A stretch of 64,000 nucleotides of DNA from positions 28,643 through 92,642 of IMG/VR virus record IMGVR_UViG_3300044846_004348; one strand, written 5' to 3'. The notes under the pieces were generated by a model. It made no database searches and had not been told where the DNA came from. It was given only the letters and a program-made list of their open reading frames with translations. A program made the translations under genes and the position numbers. This DNA comes from a virus. Each line of letters starts with the position of its first letter. Position 1 is the stretch's first letter. Below, piece by piece: positions 46,440-54,827 of this stretch.

Positions 46440-46634
46440 TTAAAGACGTTCAGTTTCGTCAATGTATTCAAGGGCAATAAGTTTTAGTTTATCTTCGTGT
46501 TCTTTTGCGTGATGTCCACAAAAAACTAACGAACTTCCACTTAAAAGTTTTACTAAAACATAACCTTGTGACCCACAACGATCGCAACGATCAAAAGAAT
46601 TTAATAAAAACTCTTTAGCTAGTGCAGTGCTCAT
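46440..46634 (-). CDS. small actinobacterial Zn-binding protein (DUF7455-like)
   Basis: DRCDRCGSQGYV...LVFCGHH...DET. Confidence 0.75.
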   Translation of the reverse strand: MSTALAKEFLLNSFDRCDRCGSQGYVLVKLLSGSSLVFCGHHAKEHEDKLKLIALEYIDETERL

Positions 46635-47038
46635 TTTGAGGCTTTTGCTCTAAGGCTCTTTAGCAACTCAAAATCTTTAACTTTAGTTTCACCCATATAG
46701 CCCCAAGCATAGCCAGTAGCAATTAAAGCCTCGTTAACGGACTGCTCTGCACCATCAAGATAAAGCCAACCAAGTACGCGACCATACTTTTCAGTGGAGT
46801 CTGGTTTTTCAGTTTTAATAACAATTAAGTTTGCTTGGGATATCAAATCACCGAGTTTTTTCTTAACCTCTAGACCTAATTCTTTTTCTACTTTATCTTT
46901 AGTGCGAGATTCAGGTGTGTCAATACCAGCAAGTCTTACACGCTGAGAGTATGAAATGTTAAAGCCTAAATCAATTTCGACATCTATGGTGTCTCCATCA
47001 ACAATTTTAGTTACTTTTTTTATTCGATATGTATACAA
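46631..47038 (-). CDS. thermonuclease (SNase-like)
   Basis: VDGDTI, RVRLAGIDTPE, KYGRVLG, GYA. Confidence 0.9.
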   Translation of the reverse strand: MYTYRIKKVTKIVDGDTIDVEIDLGFNISYSQRVRLAGIDTPESRTKDKVEKELGLEVKKKLGDLISQANLIVIKTEKPDSTEKYGRVLGWLYLDGAEQSVNEALIATGYAWGYMGETKVKDFELLKSLRAKASK

Positions 47039-47050
47039 AGTAGTTTTCCT

Positions 47051-47770
47051 TTAAGCGCCAAATGCTTTAGTAAATCCTTCAGGACAAGTTTTGTTGCATA
47101 TTAAATCTGCGATTACAGGTGCAAATGCTGCTCCGATTGCGATACCAACACCTGCTGGTGTTGCCCATAATGCTGCTGAATCTAAGCTTTTAGCAAGACA
47201 GTTTGAAATTATGTTGTATAACAGAGTGTGGTCAACACTGTTTGCAATCTCTGGTATTAGTAGAAACGCATCTGTTATGACTGTGCTCATTCCCGCTACT
47301 ACGGTTACCTTTAGTGCCATGTCTGTGGCATAAAGAAGTGGCTGTGCCATAGCAGATAAAGTAGTTGATGTTACAGCACCTTCAGGTTGCGCTGGTGTAA
47401 AGAAGGCAACGACTCCTGCAGAAATTGCTGCGGTTACTAGTATGTTGCAAGCGTTTGCATCCACCCAGTTGTACGCATCGATTACGCCTTCTTCTACTAC
47501 TTGATAACCTTCTTTAAGTCCATTTTCTATTTTGTTTCCAAGATCAATTAGTACTGGCGCAACTACATCATCCCACTCCATAGCCCAAATATCTTCAACT
47601 TTATGATTTATTTCAGGGTGGTCGTGAATATACTGTAGTGCTTTATCATTAAGTCCAAATGTTTCACATGCTGAGCCGTCCCAGTCGCCACCTGCCCCAT
47701 ACAATCTTACATAGCCAGGACTACAGTCCGAGCGATGATAAACAAATCCGTCGCCATTTTTGCCAGCCAT
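47051..47770 (-). CDS. hypothetical protein with hydrophobic helical C-half
   Basis: GGAG SD; several Ala/Gly-rich hydrophobic helices and 6 Cys. Confidence 0.65.
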   Translation of the reverse strand: MAGKNGDGFVYHRSDCSPGYVRLYGAGGDWDGSACETFGLNDKALQYIHDHPEINHKVEDIWAMEWDDVVAPVLIDLGNKIENGLKEGYQVVEEGVIDAYNWVDANACNILVTAAISAGVVAFFTPAQPEGAVTSTTLSAMAQPLLYATDMALKVTVVAGMSTVITDAFLLIPEIANSVDHTLLYNIISNCLAKSLDSAALWATPAGVGIAIGAAFAPVIADLICNKTCPEGFTKAFGA

Positions 47771-47781
47771 CTTGTTCTCCC

Positions 47782-48093
47782 TTATTCTTTATTATGATCA
47801 GAAGTAGATTCTACTCCTGCTGCAGAAGTGCCATTAAGCATAAAACCTGAAATAACACCAACAAGAAAAGAAATTGTTGTTGAAAGAAGACCAAAGAACG
47901 CTTTATCATTTTCGGACTGGACTTCACCTAACGGCTGAGTCACAAAAGTCACGGCGTAGATAATTGCCAATGTTGAGAGAAAAACTGTAAAAGCCAACAT
48001 AACGCCAACAGAAAATCTTAAGCGAGCGTTTAGTTCTTCTGTAGTGTATCTGTTTCTTTTACTTCTTTTAGGCATATTAATTTTCATCTTCAA
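47782..48093 (-). CDS. two-TM membrane protein
   Basis: Two hydrophobic helices joined by QPLGEVQSENDKAF. Confidence 0.7.
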   Translation of the reverse strand: MKMKINMPKRSKRNRYTTEELNARLRFSVGVMLAFTVFLSTLAIIYAVTFVTQPLGEVQSENDKAFFGLLSTTISFLVGVISGFMLNGTSAAGVESTSDHNKE

Positions 48094-48340
48094 CCTCTTC
48101 TACTAAAATGGTGTCTTCTTCTGTTTCATCTAAACCTTCAAATATCAATCTCGTTCCCTCAAGAACCTGATCTGGACACCCGCCCCAAGCATCGCAATGA
48201 GGAGACTGACACTGCTCTTCTTCCCATTTGTTAGGGTCTTGACATGGGTATCTGTAGGATTCTTCAAAGTTGTATTTCCCGCAAGCAGTTAATGCAACAC
48301 ACGCTAATAGCAGCCCAAGGGATTTAACAAGTTTCGACAT
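48077..48340 (-). CDS. small Cys-rich lipoprotein
   Basis: Lipobox LTAC; YRYPCQDP..W...C..P.C...GGC; TAAAAT 6 nt before ATG. Confidence 0.72.
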   Translation of the reverse strand: MSKLVKSLGLLLACVALTACGKYNFEESYRYPCQDPNKWEEEQCQSPHCDAWGGCPDQVLEGTRLIFEGLDETEEDTILVEEVEDEN

Positions 48341-48383
48341 AAGATAATTTTACTTTAGATATCAACTACTGAGGAGGTTTTGC

Positions 48384-48485
48384 ATGTACTGGGGAGATTA
48401 TGTAGCTATAGGGATATTGTTGTTTGTGTCTGGATTTATATTTGGATGGGTATCATATAGTAGAGCCGAGTTAAAGGATAAATAA
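48384..48485 (+). CDS. 33-aa membrane peptide (not in ORF track)
   Basis: GAGGAGG SD; MYWGDYVAIGILLFVSGFIFGWVSYSRAELKDK*. Confidence 0.55.
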   Translation: MYWGDYVAIGILLFVSGFIFGWVSYSRAELKDK

Positions 48486-48487
48486 AA

Positions 48488-48664
48488 GTGAGAGTTGTGG
48501 AACTATTTTGGTTTTTATTCGGTCTTGGGGTAGGGCTTCTCTTGGACTTTTTTCTAGTTTTGCATATGCTTAAACCTATAAAGAGACAGATAAATAAATT
48601 AGAAAGCTCAATACCGCGTTATGTTAAATTAGAAAGTTATAACAACAAATTTAAGGAAGATTAG
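48488..48664 (+). CDS. 58-aa single-TM protein (not in ORF track)
   Basis: GTG start; LFWFLFGLGVGLLLDFFLVL TM then charged tail. Confidence 0.5.
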   Translation: MRVVELFWFLFGLGVGLLLDFFLVLHMLKPIKRQINKLESSIPRYVKLESYNNKFKED

Positions 48665-48679
48665 AATTAATAAACAGAA

Positions 48680-48752
48680 GCCTCGTTGGTCTAGCGGTTA
48701 GGACGTCTCCCTCTCACGGAGAAGATCGTCGGTTCGAATCCGATACGAGGTA
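48680..48752 (+). tRNA. tRNA-Glu(CTC)
   Basis: GCCTCGT/ACGAGGT acceptor, TCTCC-CT CTC AC-GGAGA anticodon arm, GGTTCGAATCC; no encoded CCA. Confidence 0.92.
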
Positions 48753-48755
48753 CAC

Positions 48756-48827
48756 GCCTCCTTAGCTCAGTGGTAGAGCACCCGCCTTGTAAGCGGGCGG
48801 TCATCCGTTCAAATCGGATAGGGGGCT
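48756..48827 (+). tRNA. tRNA-Thr(TGT)
   Basis: TAGCTCAGTGGTAGAGC D arm, CCCGC-CT TGT AA-GCGGG, GTTCAAATC. Confidence 0.93.
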
Positions 48828-48835
48828 CTAGTAAG

Positions 48836-49594
48836 TTAATTTGCTTGGTAGGGCGGCACACAAATGTTATGCCACTCTCTTGCTTGATTAACATTGTCAA
48901 AAAACTCTACATCTTCTATATAAACTGACTCTGCCCAGTCTTTCCATTTAGGTGCGCAATTAACATAATTAAATTTAAATAAACCAAAAGGTGTTCCATA
49001 AGCGTGAGCCGCTATTGCAACATGTAGAGAGCCAGTTAAAACAAATCTTGCTCCAGATATTAATTTAGTGAGGTCAACAATATCTTCCTCGCTAGCTACA
49101 GCAGTAGTGTAGAAAGAATCTGCTCCATGATCTAAGGGGTCGTAGTCCTCTATGTATGGATCTAGTATGTGAGGAATAAAAAGTATTTGGGCATTTAAGT
49201 CTCCCTTTGGAATAAATTTAGGTAAGTTGTATCCAGGGTCAGGACTAACTGGAACTTCAATCCCATAACTTGCTAAAACGTCTTGAGTCTTTGGACCTCT
49301 AACAGATACAAATTTTGATTGTTCTAGGAGGAAAGAATCTAATTCTTCTCCACGCCATCCGCAATTAACAAAAATTGGAGTAAAGCCTGACTCTAATATT
49401 TCAATCATAACTTCATTACAAATAGTGCTACCTAGTACCGAATAGCAATTTTTGTCGTCTTGATAGAAACCCTCTAACTCTTCTTTAGATAGTAAGACAT
49501 CTATTAGAGCATCCCCATAGTTTCTAATAGAATCATGCTTATTTAGAGGGTTGTCTGTAATAGGTTCTTTATCTGGTAGCCACTCATAAATCAT
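48836..49594 (-). CDS. polysaccharide pyruvyltransferase-like protein
   Basis: NYGD, VLGS, SVRGPKT, DPG, IPH, TGSLHVAIAAHAYGTP. Confidence 0.78.
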   Translation of the reverse strand: MIYEWLPDKEPITDNPLNKHDSIRNYGDALIDVLLSKEELEGFYQDDKNCYSVLGSTICNEVMIEILESGFTPIFVNCGWRGEELDSFLLEQSKFVSVRGPKTQDVLASYGIEVPVSPDPGYNLPKFIPKGDLNAQILFIPHILDPYIEDYDPLDHGADSFYTTAVASEEDIVDLTKLISGARFVLTGSLHVAIAAHAYGTPFGLFKFNYVNCAPKWKDWAESVYIEDVEFFDNVNQAREWHNICVPPYQAN

Positions 49595-49690
49595 TGCTTT
49601 AACTTATCAAAGAAAAATAACCCTTATAAGTTAATACACGCTATGGGTGTGTCTTACAGAATCACAAACAAGATTTGATACTATTTTTCT

Positions 49691-50092
49691 ATGGCTGCAT
49701 ACCACTATCACCTGTTACTTAACGGGTACGCAAATAAACCACCTACAAGCGTGGAAGAAACTGAAGCATGGGTTTATCAATTAGTAGACAAAATTGGTAT
49801 GAAAGTTGCTATTGATCCACGCGCTGCATATGTTGAAAAAGAAGGAAACAGAGGTATGACAGCAGTAGTAGGAATAGAAACGTCTCACATTGCTATGCAT
49901 GTTTGGGACGAAACTGACCCTTCATTTGTCCAGTTCGATTTATACACCTGCTCAACTTTAGACATAGATGTAGTTATTGAAGAATTAGAAAAATTCTTAG
50001 ATCTTTATGAATACCAAACTTGGATCTTAGATAGAAGTCAAGGGTTTAAACATATAGAAGCCAAAGAAACTTTAGGGCAACAAAACCTTTAA
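49691..50092 (+). CDS. speD: S-adenosylmethionine decarboxylase proenzyme family (pyruvoyl-dependent)
   Basis: HLLL, GMTAVVGIETSHIAMHVW, QFDLYTC. Confidence 0.82.
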   Translation: MAAYHYHLLLNGYANKPPTSVEETEAWVYQLVDKIGMKVAIDPRAAYVEKEGNRGMTAVVGIETSHIAMHVWDETDPSFVQFDLYTCSTLDIDVVIEELEKFLDLYEYQTWILDRSQGFKHIEAKETLGQQNL

Positions 50093-50112
50093 ATCAGGGG
50101 ATATGCCCCAAT

Positions 50113-50142
50113 TTGACATATTAAATACTAGTAGTATATGCT
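50113..50142 (+). promoter_or_regulatory. promoter of a leaderless gene
   Basis: TTGACA-18-TATGCT-6 nt-ATG(50149). Confidence 0.7.
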
Positions 50143-50148
50143 GTATCT

Positions 50149-50757
50149 ATGATACAAAATGAAACGACGAAATTGGTTCCAAAATCAAGAGTGGGTAAGC
50201 CAAAGATGAATAATCAGGAGCTACCTCTAGAAGTCATAGAAAAATTACAATCTATAGACAAACGCACTCCTGTGGGCAAAGAGACTAGAAAAGCATATAT
50301 GAAAAAACTGCACTCTCTTAATTGGACTTTAACTGCTATAGCAAGAGGTGCTGGTCTATCTAGAGAAAGAGTTCGTCAACTTATTGAAGAAAATAAAAGT
50401 TATGACTTTTCATTAGTAGAAGACTTTCCTGCACCACGAGTTGATGTATGGGTTGCTAGTGCTAAAAAAGAGATAGTTCTTCCAGACGAAGAAATACTAA
50501 AAAGACTTTTAGAACTAAAAGCTTATGCTGCAAGAGTTAGAAGCCATAGTCCAAGGTATCGTGAAGAAGCCGAGGAATACACAAAACTTATTAACGAGTG
50601 CGTAGAAAACGGTGTAACTCTATACAGACTAAGTAAACTACTTGATGTTACTCATGGCGCATTATTGTTTAGATTAGTTAGATACGGTTATAAAGAAACT
50701 ACTGGAACTTCTAAATCTCTTACAAAAGTATTAGACAAAAACAGAAAGCAAGTTTAA
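50149..50757 (+). CDS. double-HTH DNA-binding protein (sigma region-4-like first HTH)
   Basis: WTLTAIARGAGLSRERVRQL and GVTLYRLSKLLDVTHGALLFRL. Confidence 0.72.
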   Translation: MIQNETTKLVPKSRVGKPKMNNQELPLEVIEKLQSIDKRTPVGKETRKAYMKKLHSLNWTLTAIARGAGLSRERVRQLIEENKSYDFSLVEDFPAPRVDVWVASAKKEIVLPDEEILKRLLELKAYAARVRSHSPRYREEAEEYTKLINECVENGVTLYRLSKLLDVTHGALLFRLVRYGYKETTGTSKSLTKVLDKNRKQV

Positions 50758-51029
50758 AGTCTTTTACCAATCCATTCAGCGATGTTGACGGTCACTGCAT
50801 TTCCTATTTGTTTATAGCGATCTGCAGTTGACTGTCCATCAGTCCAGTTATCTGGAAAACCCTGTAATCTCTCACACTCTACTGGCGTAAGTTTTCTAAC
50901 AAACAATTCATCATCTAAAAGAAGTGGGACATTGTTTCCACCAGTGCCATATCTGGCAGTTATTGTTGGTGCAATGTCTTTATAAACTCTAGGATCTCCA
51001 ACCCTATTACCTTCATAAAGAGTAGACAT
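50754..51029 (-). CDS. stand-alone C5-MTase C-terminal module (TRD-like segment plus motifs IX-X)
   Basis: APTITARYGTGGNNVP, RKLTPVECERLQGFPDNWT, RYKQIGNAVTV; TAATG coupling to the upstream MTase. Confidence 0.8.
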   Translation of the reverse strand: MSTLYEGNRVGDPRVYKDIAPTITARYGTGGNNVPLLLDDELFVRKLTPVECERLQGFPDNWTDGQSTADRYKQIGNAVTVNIAEWIGKRL

Positions 51030-52414
51030 TAAAGTCTTTTACCAATCCATTCAATAACATTTACAGTTACTGCGTTACCCATTTGCTTATATCTATTTGA
51101 GTCCGCTTGACCTGAAGTCCAATCATCTGGAAAACCTTGAAGTCTTTCACATTCGATAGGTGTAAGACGACGAACAGTTGAATTTTTAATTACTGCTGGA
51201 AATCTATTTTTCTCTGGCATTGTTTGTCCTTTTGCAAGAACTGCGTCTAGTGTTTGAGAAGTTTGACCACCGTTCCACCAAGTGCCATCTGTTTGAGCCT
51301 CTGCAACGAAGTCACCTGAATCTGTTCCTGTGCGAAGAGATCTATAAACTTCTTGCTCTAACTTTTGATTGTAAGCATCATAAGAGATTGCAACCCCATG
51401 TGGACCAACAGTGTCTACTGTATACATCGGGCCATCAATTTCTCCATAGCCTTTACCTTGAGGACCTGAAGTATCTGCTCTTCCAATAGTTGTTGATTGA
51501 ATTGCAATTGATTGAGCTCCAGTTGAATCCAAAGTATAAGAAGGTTGTCCAGCAGTTTGTGCAACACCTAAACCATTTTGATTCTTCTGCATCTCTCTAC
51601 CATCTTGAATTGGATAAACATCTGTAAGTAAAACAGTTGCACGAGCCTCGCCACTATTATCAAAAACATTTAATGTTGGAGAAACTAATTGTTCTGCCCA
51701 AACTTCTGGTGGAAGATTACCATTTTCGTCTCTAGCACCAGAGCGAATAGTTTTTATGAAAGTGCTGACTTCTCGATGATCTTCTTCAGAGCGTTCTCCA
51801 GAACTTCTGGTAACGGTTTCCCGCGACCCGTTGCTCGACGAATAATTCCCTCCGCTGCTTTCGCGCTCAGTGAGTACTTCTCGGAAGCGTTTGGTTCCAA
51901 GATTTGCGACAACAAAGACTCTCCTGCGTCGTTGCGGGACTCCGAAGAACTGCGAATTAAGGACACGCCATTCGATGTTGCTATACCCTGCGTCGGCCAA
52001 ACTAGAGAGGACGACTCCGAAATCGCGTCCGTTGTTGCTTGATAAAAGTCCTGGGACATTTTCCAAGATGATAGTTTCTGCTTTGACATGCGTCGCGAAA
52101 GAGAGAGCGTCAAAGAAGAGTCCTGTTCGCTTACCAGCGAGTCCAGCCCGTTTTCCTGCAACGCTAACATCTTGACACGGGAATCCTCCAACGACAAGGT
52201 CGACTTGTCCAACGAGTCCGATTTCATCTGCCCACTCCTTTGCTGTAACAACATCATTATGTTTTGGCACATCTGGCCAATGATTTTCTAAAACTGATAA
52301 ACACTTTTTATCTATTTCAACTTGACCTACGCAAGTGTGACCTGCTCGTTCTAGACCCAAATCAAAGCCACCAACACCTGCAAAGAGGCTTACAAATTTA
52401 ATAGATTTTCCCAT
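51029..52414 (-). CDS. dcm: DNA (cytosine-5) methyltransferase
   Basis: LFAGVGG (I), GFPCQD (IV), ENVPG (VI), QRRRRVF (VIII), RRLTPIECERLQGFPD (IX), MGNAV (X). Confidence 0.95.
   Translation of the reverse strand: MGKSIKFVSLFAGVGGFDLGLERAGHTCVGQVEIDKKCLSVLENHWPDVPKHNDVVTAKEWADEIGLVGQVDLVVGGFPCQDVSVAGKRAGLAGKRTGLFFDALSFATHVKAETIILENVPGLLSSNNGRDFGVVLSSLADAGYSNIEWRVLNSQFFGVPQRRRRVFVVANLGTKRFREVLTERESSGGNYSSSNGSRETVTRSSGERSEEDHREVSTFIKTIRSGARDENGNLPPEVWAEQLVSPTLNVFDNSGEARATVLLTDVYPIQDGREMQKNQNGLGVAQTAGQPSYTLDSTGAQSIAIQSTTIGRADTSGPQGKGYGEIDGPMYTVDTVGPHGVAISYDAYNQKLEQEVYRSLRTGTDSGDFVAEAQTDGTWWNGGQTSQTLDAVLAKGQTMPEKNRFPAVIKNSTVRRLTPIECERLQGFPDDWTSGQADSNRYKQMGNAVTVNVIEWIGKRL
51754..52227 (-). CDS. 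overprinted ORF inside dcm (M.EcoHK31I beta-like polypeptide)
   Basis: +1 frame, AAGGAG-7 nt-ATG, 157 aa; LSQILE...KYSLSAKAAEGIIRRA..RGKPLPEVLENAL; locally raised GC. Confidence 0.72.
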   Translation of the reverse strand: MKSDSLDKSTLSLEDSRVKMLALQENGLDSLVSEQDSSLTLSLSRRMSKQKLSSWKMSQDFYQATTDAISESSSLVWPTQGIATSNGVSLIRSSSESRNDAGESLLSQILEPNASEKYSLSAKAAEGIIRRATGRGKPLPEVLENALKKIIEKSALS

Positions 52415-52452
52415 AGGAAACAGCTTACCAAAATAAAGCTGCTAATTCAATG

Positions 52453-52701
52453 CTAAAACGCTTTTAACCACTTAACAATATCTTCTAACTCTAATTCGTT
52501 AGATTCTTCCTCGCCAACTAAATTCTGTAGACGAACCAACTTATCAGACAACTCTTGCTTATTTAGCCCAGTATGGTACATTAAATACTCTTCCATTTTA
52601 ATTAATGCCTCGTGAAGAGCATTTATTGAAACCACACTGAAACCAGAATTATGCATGGCATCTTGCAAAATAGAGTCTTCTTCAGGACTAATGTTTTCCA
52701 T
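52453..52701 (-). CDS. hypothetical protein
   Basis: TATACT 6 nt before ATG. Confidence 0.6.
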   Translation of the reverse strand: MENISPEEDSILQDAMHNSGFSVVSINALHEALIKMEEYLMYHTGLNKQELSDKLVRLQNLVGEEESNELELEDIVKWLKAF

Positions 52702-52771
52702 GCCTAAAGTATAAACCCATAAACACTTGTTAAAAGGAATGTATAATTAAAAGACAAGGAGATATGTATAT

Positions 52772-53053
52772 ATGAAATGCGATAGATGTGTGTGGCACGA
52801 AATGCCTAATAACACTGTTCGTTTAGTCAAACATGTGGAGCAATGCTCTGCCTGTTCAGATTACGATGTAGTTGCTGTATGGAGAGATGCCGAACTCGTT
52901 GTAACTAAAGAAGCTCTAGAAACAGACATTGTATTAGAAGAGATTGTTTTTAAAAAATACAAAAAACCTGAAGTATATGTGCAGACAGATGAAAGAATTG
53001 ATTCTGGAGAAGTAGCGGTTGAAGAAGAGGAAGTAGTAGAAGAAGAAGTATAA
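52772..53053 (+). CDS. hypothetical protein (CxxC pairs, acidic tail)
   Basis: TATAAT and AAGGAG upstream. Confidence 0.65.
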   Translation: MKCDRCVWHEMPNNTVRLVKHVEQCSACSDYDVVAVWRDAELVVTKEALETDIVLEEIVFKKYKKPEVYVQTDERIDSGEVAVEEEEVVEEEV

Positions 53054-53060
53054 GTACTAA

Positions 53061-54032
53061 TTAATAACGTACTGCTTCTAAACTATCTAAAACCTTTTCT
53101 TTAGAAATTGTTATTAAAAACGCTGCTATATCTTGTACACCAAAACTTATAATAAAATTACCTTTATGCTCAACTAATCCTGACGCAAACTCAACGCCAG
53201 ACTTTCTAAACTGAAAATGATCTGAGATACCAATAATCTTACCTTTTTCATCAAAACGAACAAAGCAATGAGTGTAGTTTCTTATAAAAGCATTAACGGT
53301 GCCAAAAGAATTATTCTCTTGAACCGTTGTGTGTCTACCTATAGTTCTATGCATAATTCCTAAATAAGTTGAATCCTTTAAACTTATAAGATTAGTGTTA
53401 CCTCTTAAAGCATGAAGATCACTATTGTCACTCATTAGTGTAGTTAGCACACCATTTTTAACGGTGGCATTAGGACCATAAATAAAATCAAAATTGGGGT
53501 TATTGTCTGGAGGAAGCATCCAGTTCTTTTCTGGTCTCTTTACTTCTATGCCAGGAAACTTCTCCATGTGAACTACTTTTTCTGCTTTTGCATCAAGTCT
53601 ACAAATTGCCATTCTTGCAACTTCACAGAGTTCTTTCTCCATCATCACACAAGTAAAATGCCAAGCATTATCTCTCCAAAAAAGTTTTGGATCTTCCATA
53701 CCTCTATCAAGTTTTATATTAAGTTTAGAAAAATCTATTTGACGAAGATTTTTTAATTCAAAGTCTTTATCCAACTCAGCAAAATATACTTTATTTTTTA
53801 TCAGACCAGAGGAATGGCTAACCGTATAAGCACCATTTGGTGCAATGTAATAATTACTTGACCTTATTGCTACTGCATAACCCTTCTTAGGTGAGTGACC
53901 AATTGAAGGATTTGTTGCAGACCAATGGGTATCTTTAGGATCTACATATCTAGCAAGTTCTTTGCATGCTGCATCAAAAGGTGGATTTGTTAATTTTGCA
54001 TAGTCATAGAGACTTACTACTGGACTAGGCAT
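53061..54032 (-). CDS. glycoside hydrolase-like five-bladed beta-propeller (GH130/GH43-like)
   Basis: TNPSI, GMEDPKLF, EKNW, VEFASGL, SFGVQD. Confidence 0.62.
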   Translation of the reverse strand: MPSPVVSLYDYAKLTNPPFDAACKELARYVDPKDTHWSATNPSIGHSPKKGYAVAIRSSNYYIAPNGAYTVSHSSGLIKNKVYFAELDKDFELKNLRQIDFSKLNIKLDRGMEDPKLFWRDNAWHFTCVMMEKELCEVARMAICRLDAKAEKVVHMEKFPGIEVKRPEKNWMLPPDNNPNFDFIYGPNATVKNGVLTTLMSDNSDLHALRGNTNLISLKDSTYLGIMHRTIGRHTTVQENNSFGTVNAFIRNYTHCFVRFDEKGKIIGISDHFQFRKSGVEFASGLVEHKGNFIISFGVQDIAAFLITISKEKVLDSLEAVRY

Positions 54033-54813
54033 CGTAAACTCCTTTAGGATATCTATCTACTACTTCAGATATTTTTCTTGAAACACCAAAAATATTATCT
54101 CCCACATGATCCATTCTATAGCCAATGGCTTTCAATTTATTTACATCATGAAAAACAGGATCTTCAAAAGTATTCTCTGTCCAAGCTTTTCCATCAAAAC
54201 CTGCACTTTTTAAAAGACTAACTAAAGAATGAATACTGTACTCGTAATTATGCCTATGATATGCAGGTGGCACTTGGTAGTGCATATAAAAGTATGGCTC
54301 TATGCCATTAAGCATTTTTGTAATAGATAAAGAACTAACAGCATTAGGAGTAGTAGTAATTAGAGTTCCTTTAGGTTTTATAACTCTATTAATCTCAGAA
54401 AGCATGGCCATAGGATCTATCTCCATATGTTCAAGAACTTCACAACAAATTACATAATCAAAAGTGTCTGGCTTTTCTTTAATTAAATGCTTTTCTAAAT
54501 CTAATTGGTATGTAGTGGCCTCTACCTGTTTTCCACCAAACTCAAAAGTTTTCTTAACTACAGAACTCTTCTTCTCATCTAACTCTGTAACATAAACTTC
54601 TAAATCAGGAGCGAACTCTTTTAAAACTATTGGAACTAAACCACTAGTTGCAACCTCTAAAAGTTTTCCTTTAGGTTCCTGATCAAGTAAAACTTGAATA
54701 GTTCTAAGAAATCTTCTTTCATGAGTTTTATGATAGCTATCATCTTTAGGTATAAGTTTACTTACAAAACTAGCAAGTTTAGGGTTTATGTCTTTATAAG
54801 TATCTTTTATCAT
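54025..54813 (-). CDS. class I SAM-dependent methyltransferase
   Basis: LLEVATSG, FDYVICCEVLEH, EINRVIKPKGTLITTTPN. Confidence 0.82.
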   Translation of the reverse strand: MIKDTYKDINPKLASFVSKLIPKDDSYHKTHERRFLRTIQVLLDQEPKGKLLEVATSGLVPIVLKEFAPDLEVYVTELDEKKSSVVKKTFEFGGKQVEATTYQLDLEKHLIKEKPDTFDYVICCEVLEHMEIDPMAMLSEINRVIKPKGTLITTTPNAVSSLSITKMLNGIEPYFYMHYQVPPAYHRHNYEYSIHSLVSLLKSAGFDGKAWTENTFEDPVFHDVNKLKAIGYRMDHVGDNIFGVSRKISEVVDRYPKGVYDA

Positions 54814-54827
54814 TAGTTTGGTCGCAG

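Noticed and set aside
48691-48900. 69-aa minus-strand ORF
   Set aside because: Antisense to the two tRNA genes.
50754-51053. Diversity-generating retroelement TR/VR pair
   Set aside because: No reverse transcriptase in the window, and differences are mostly synonymous rather than adenine-specific.
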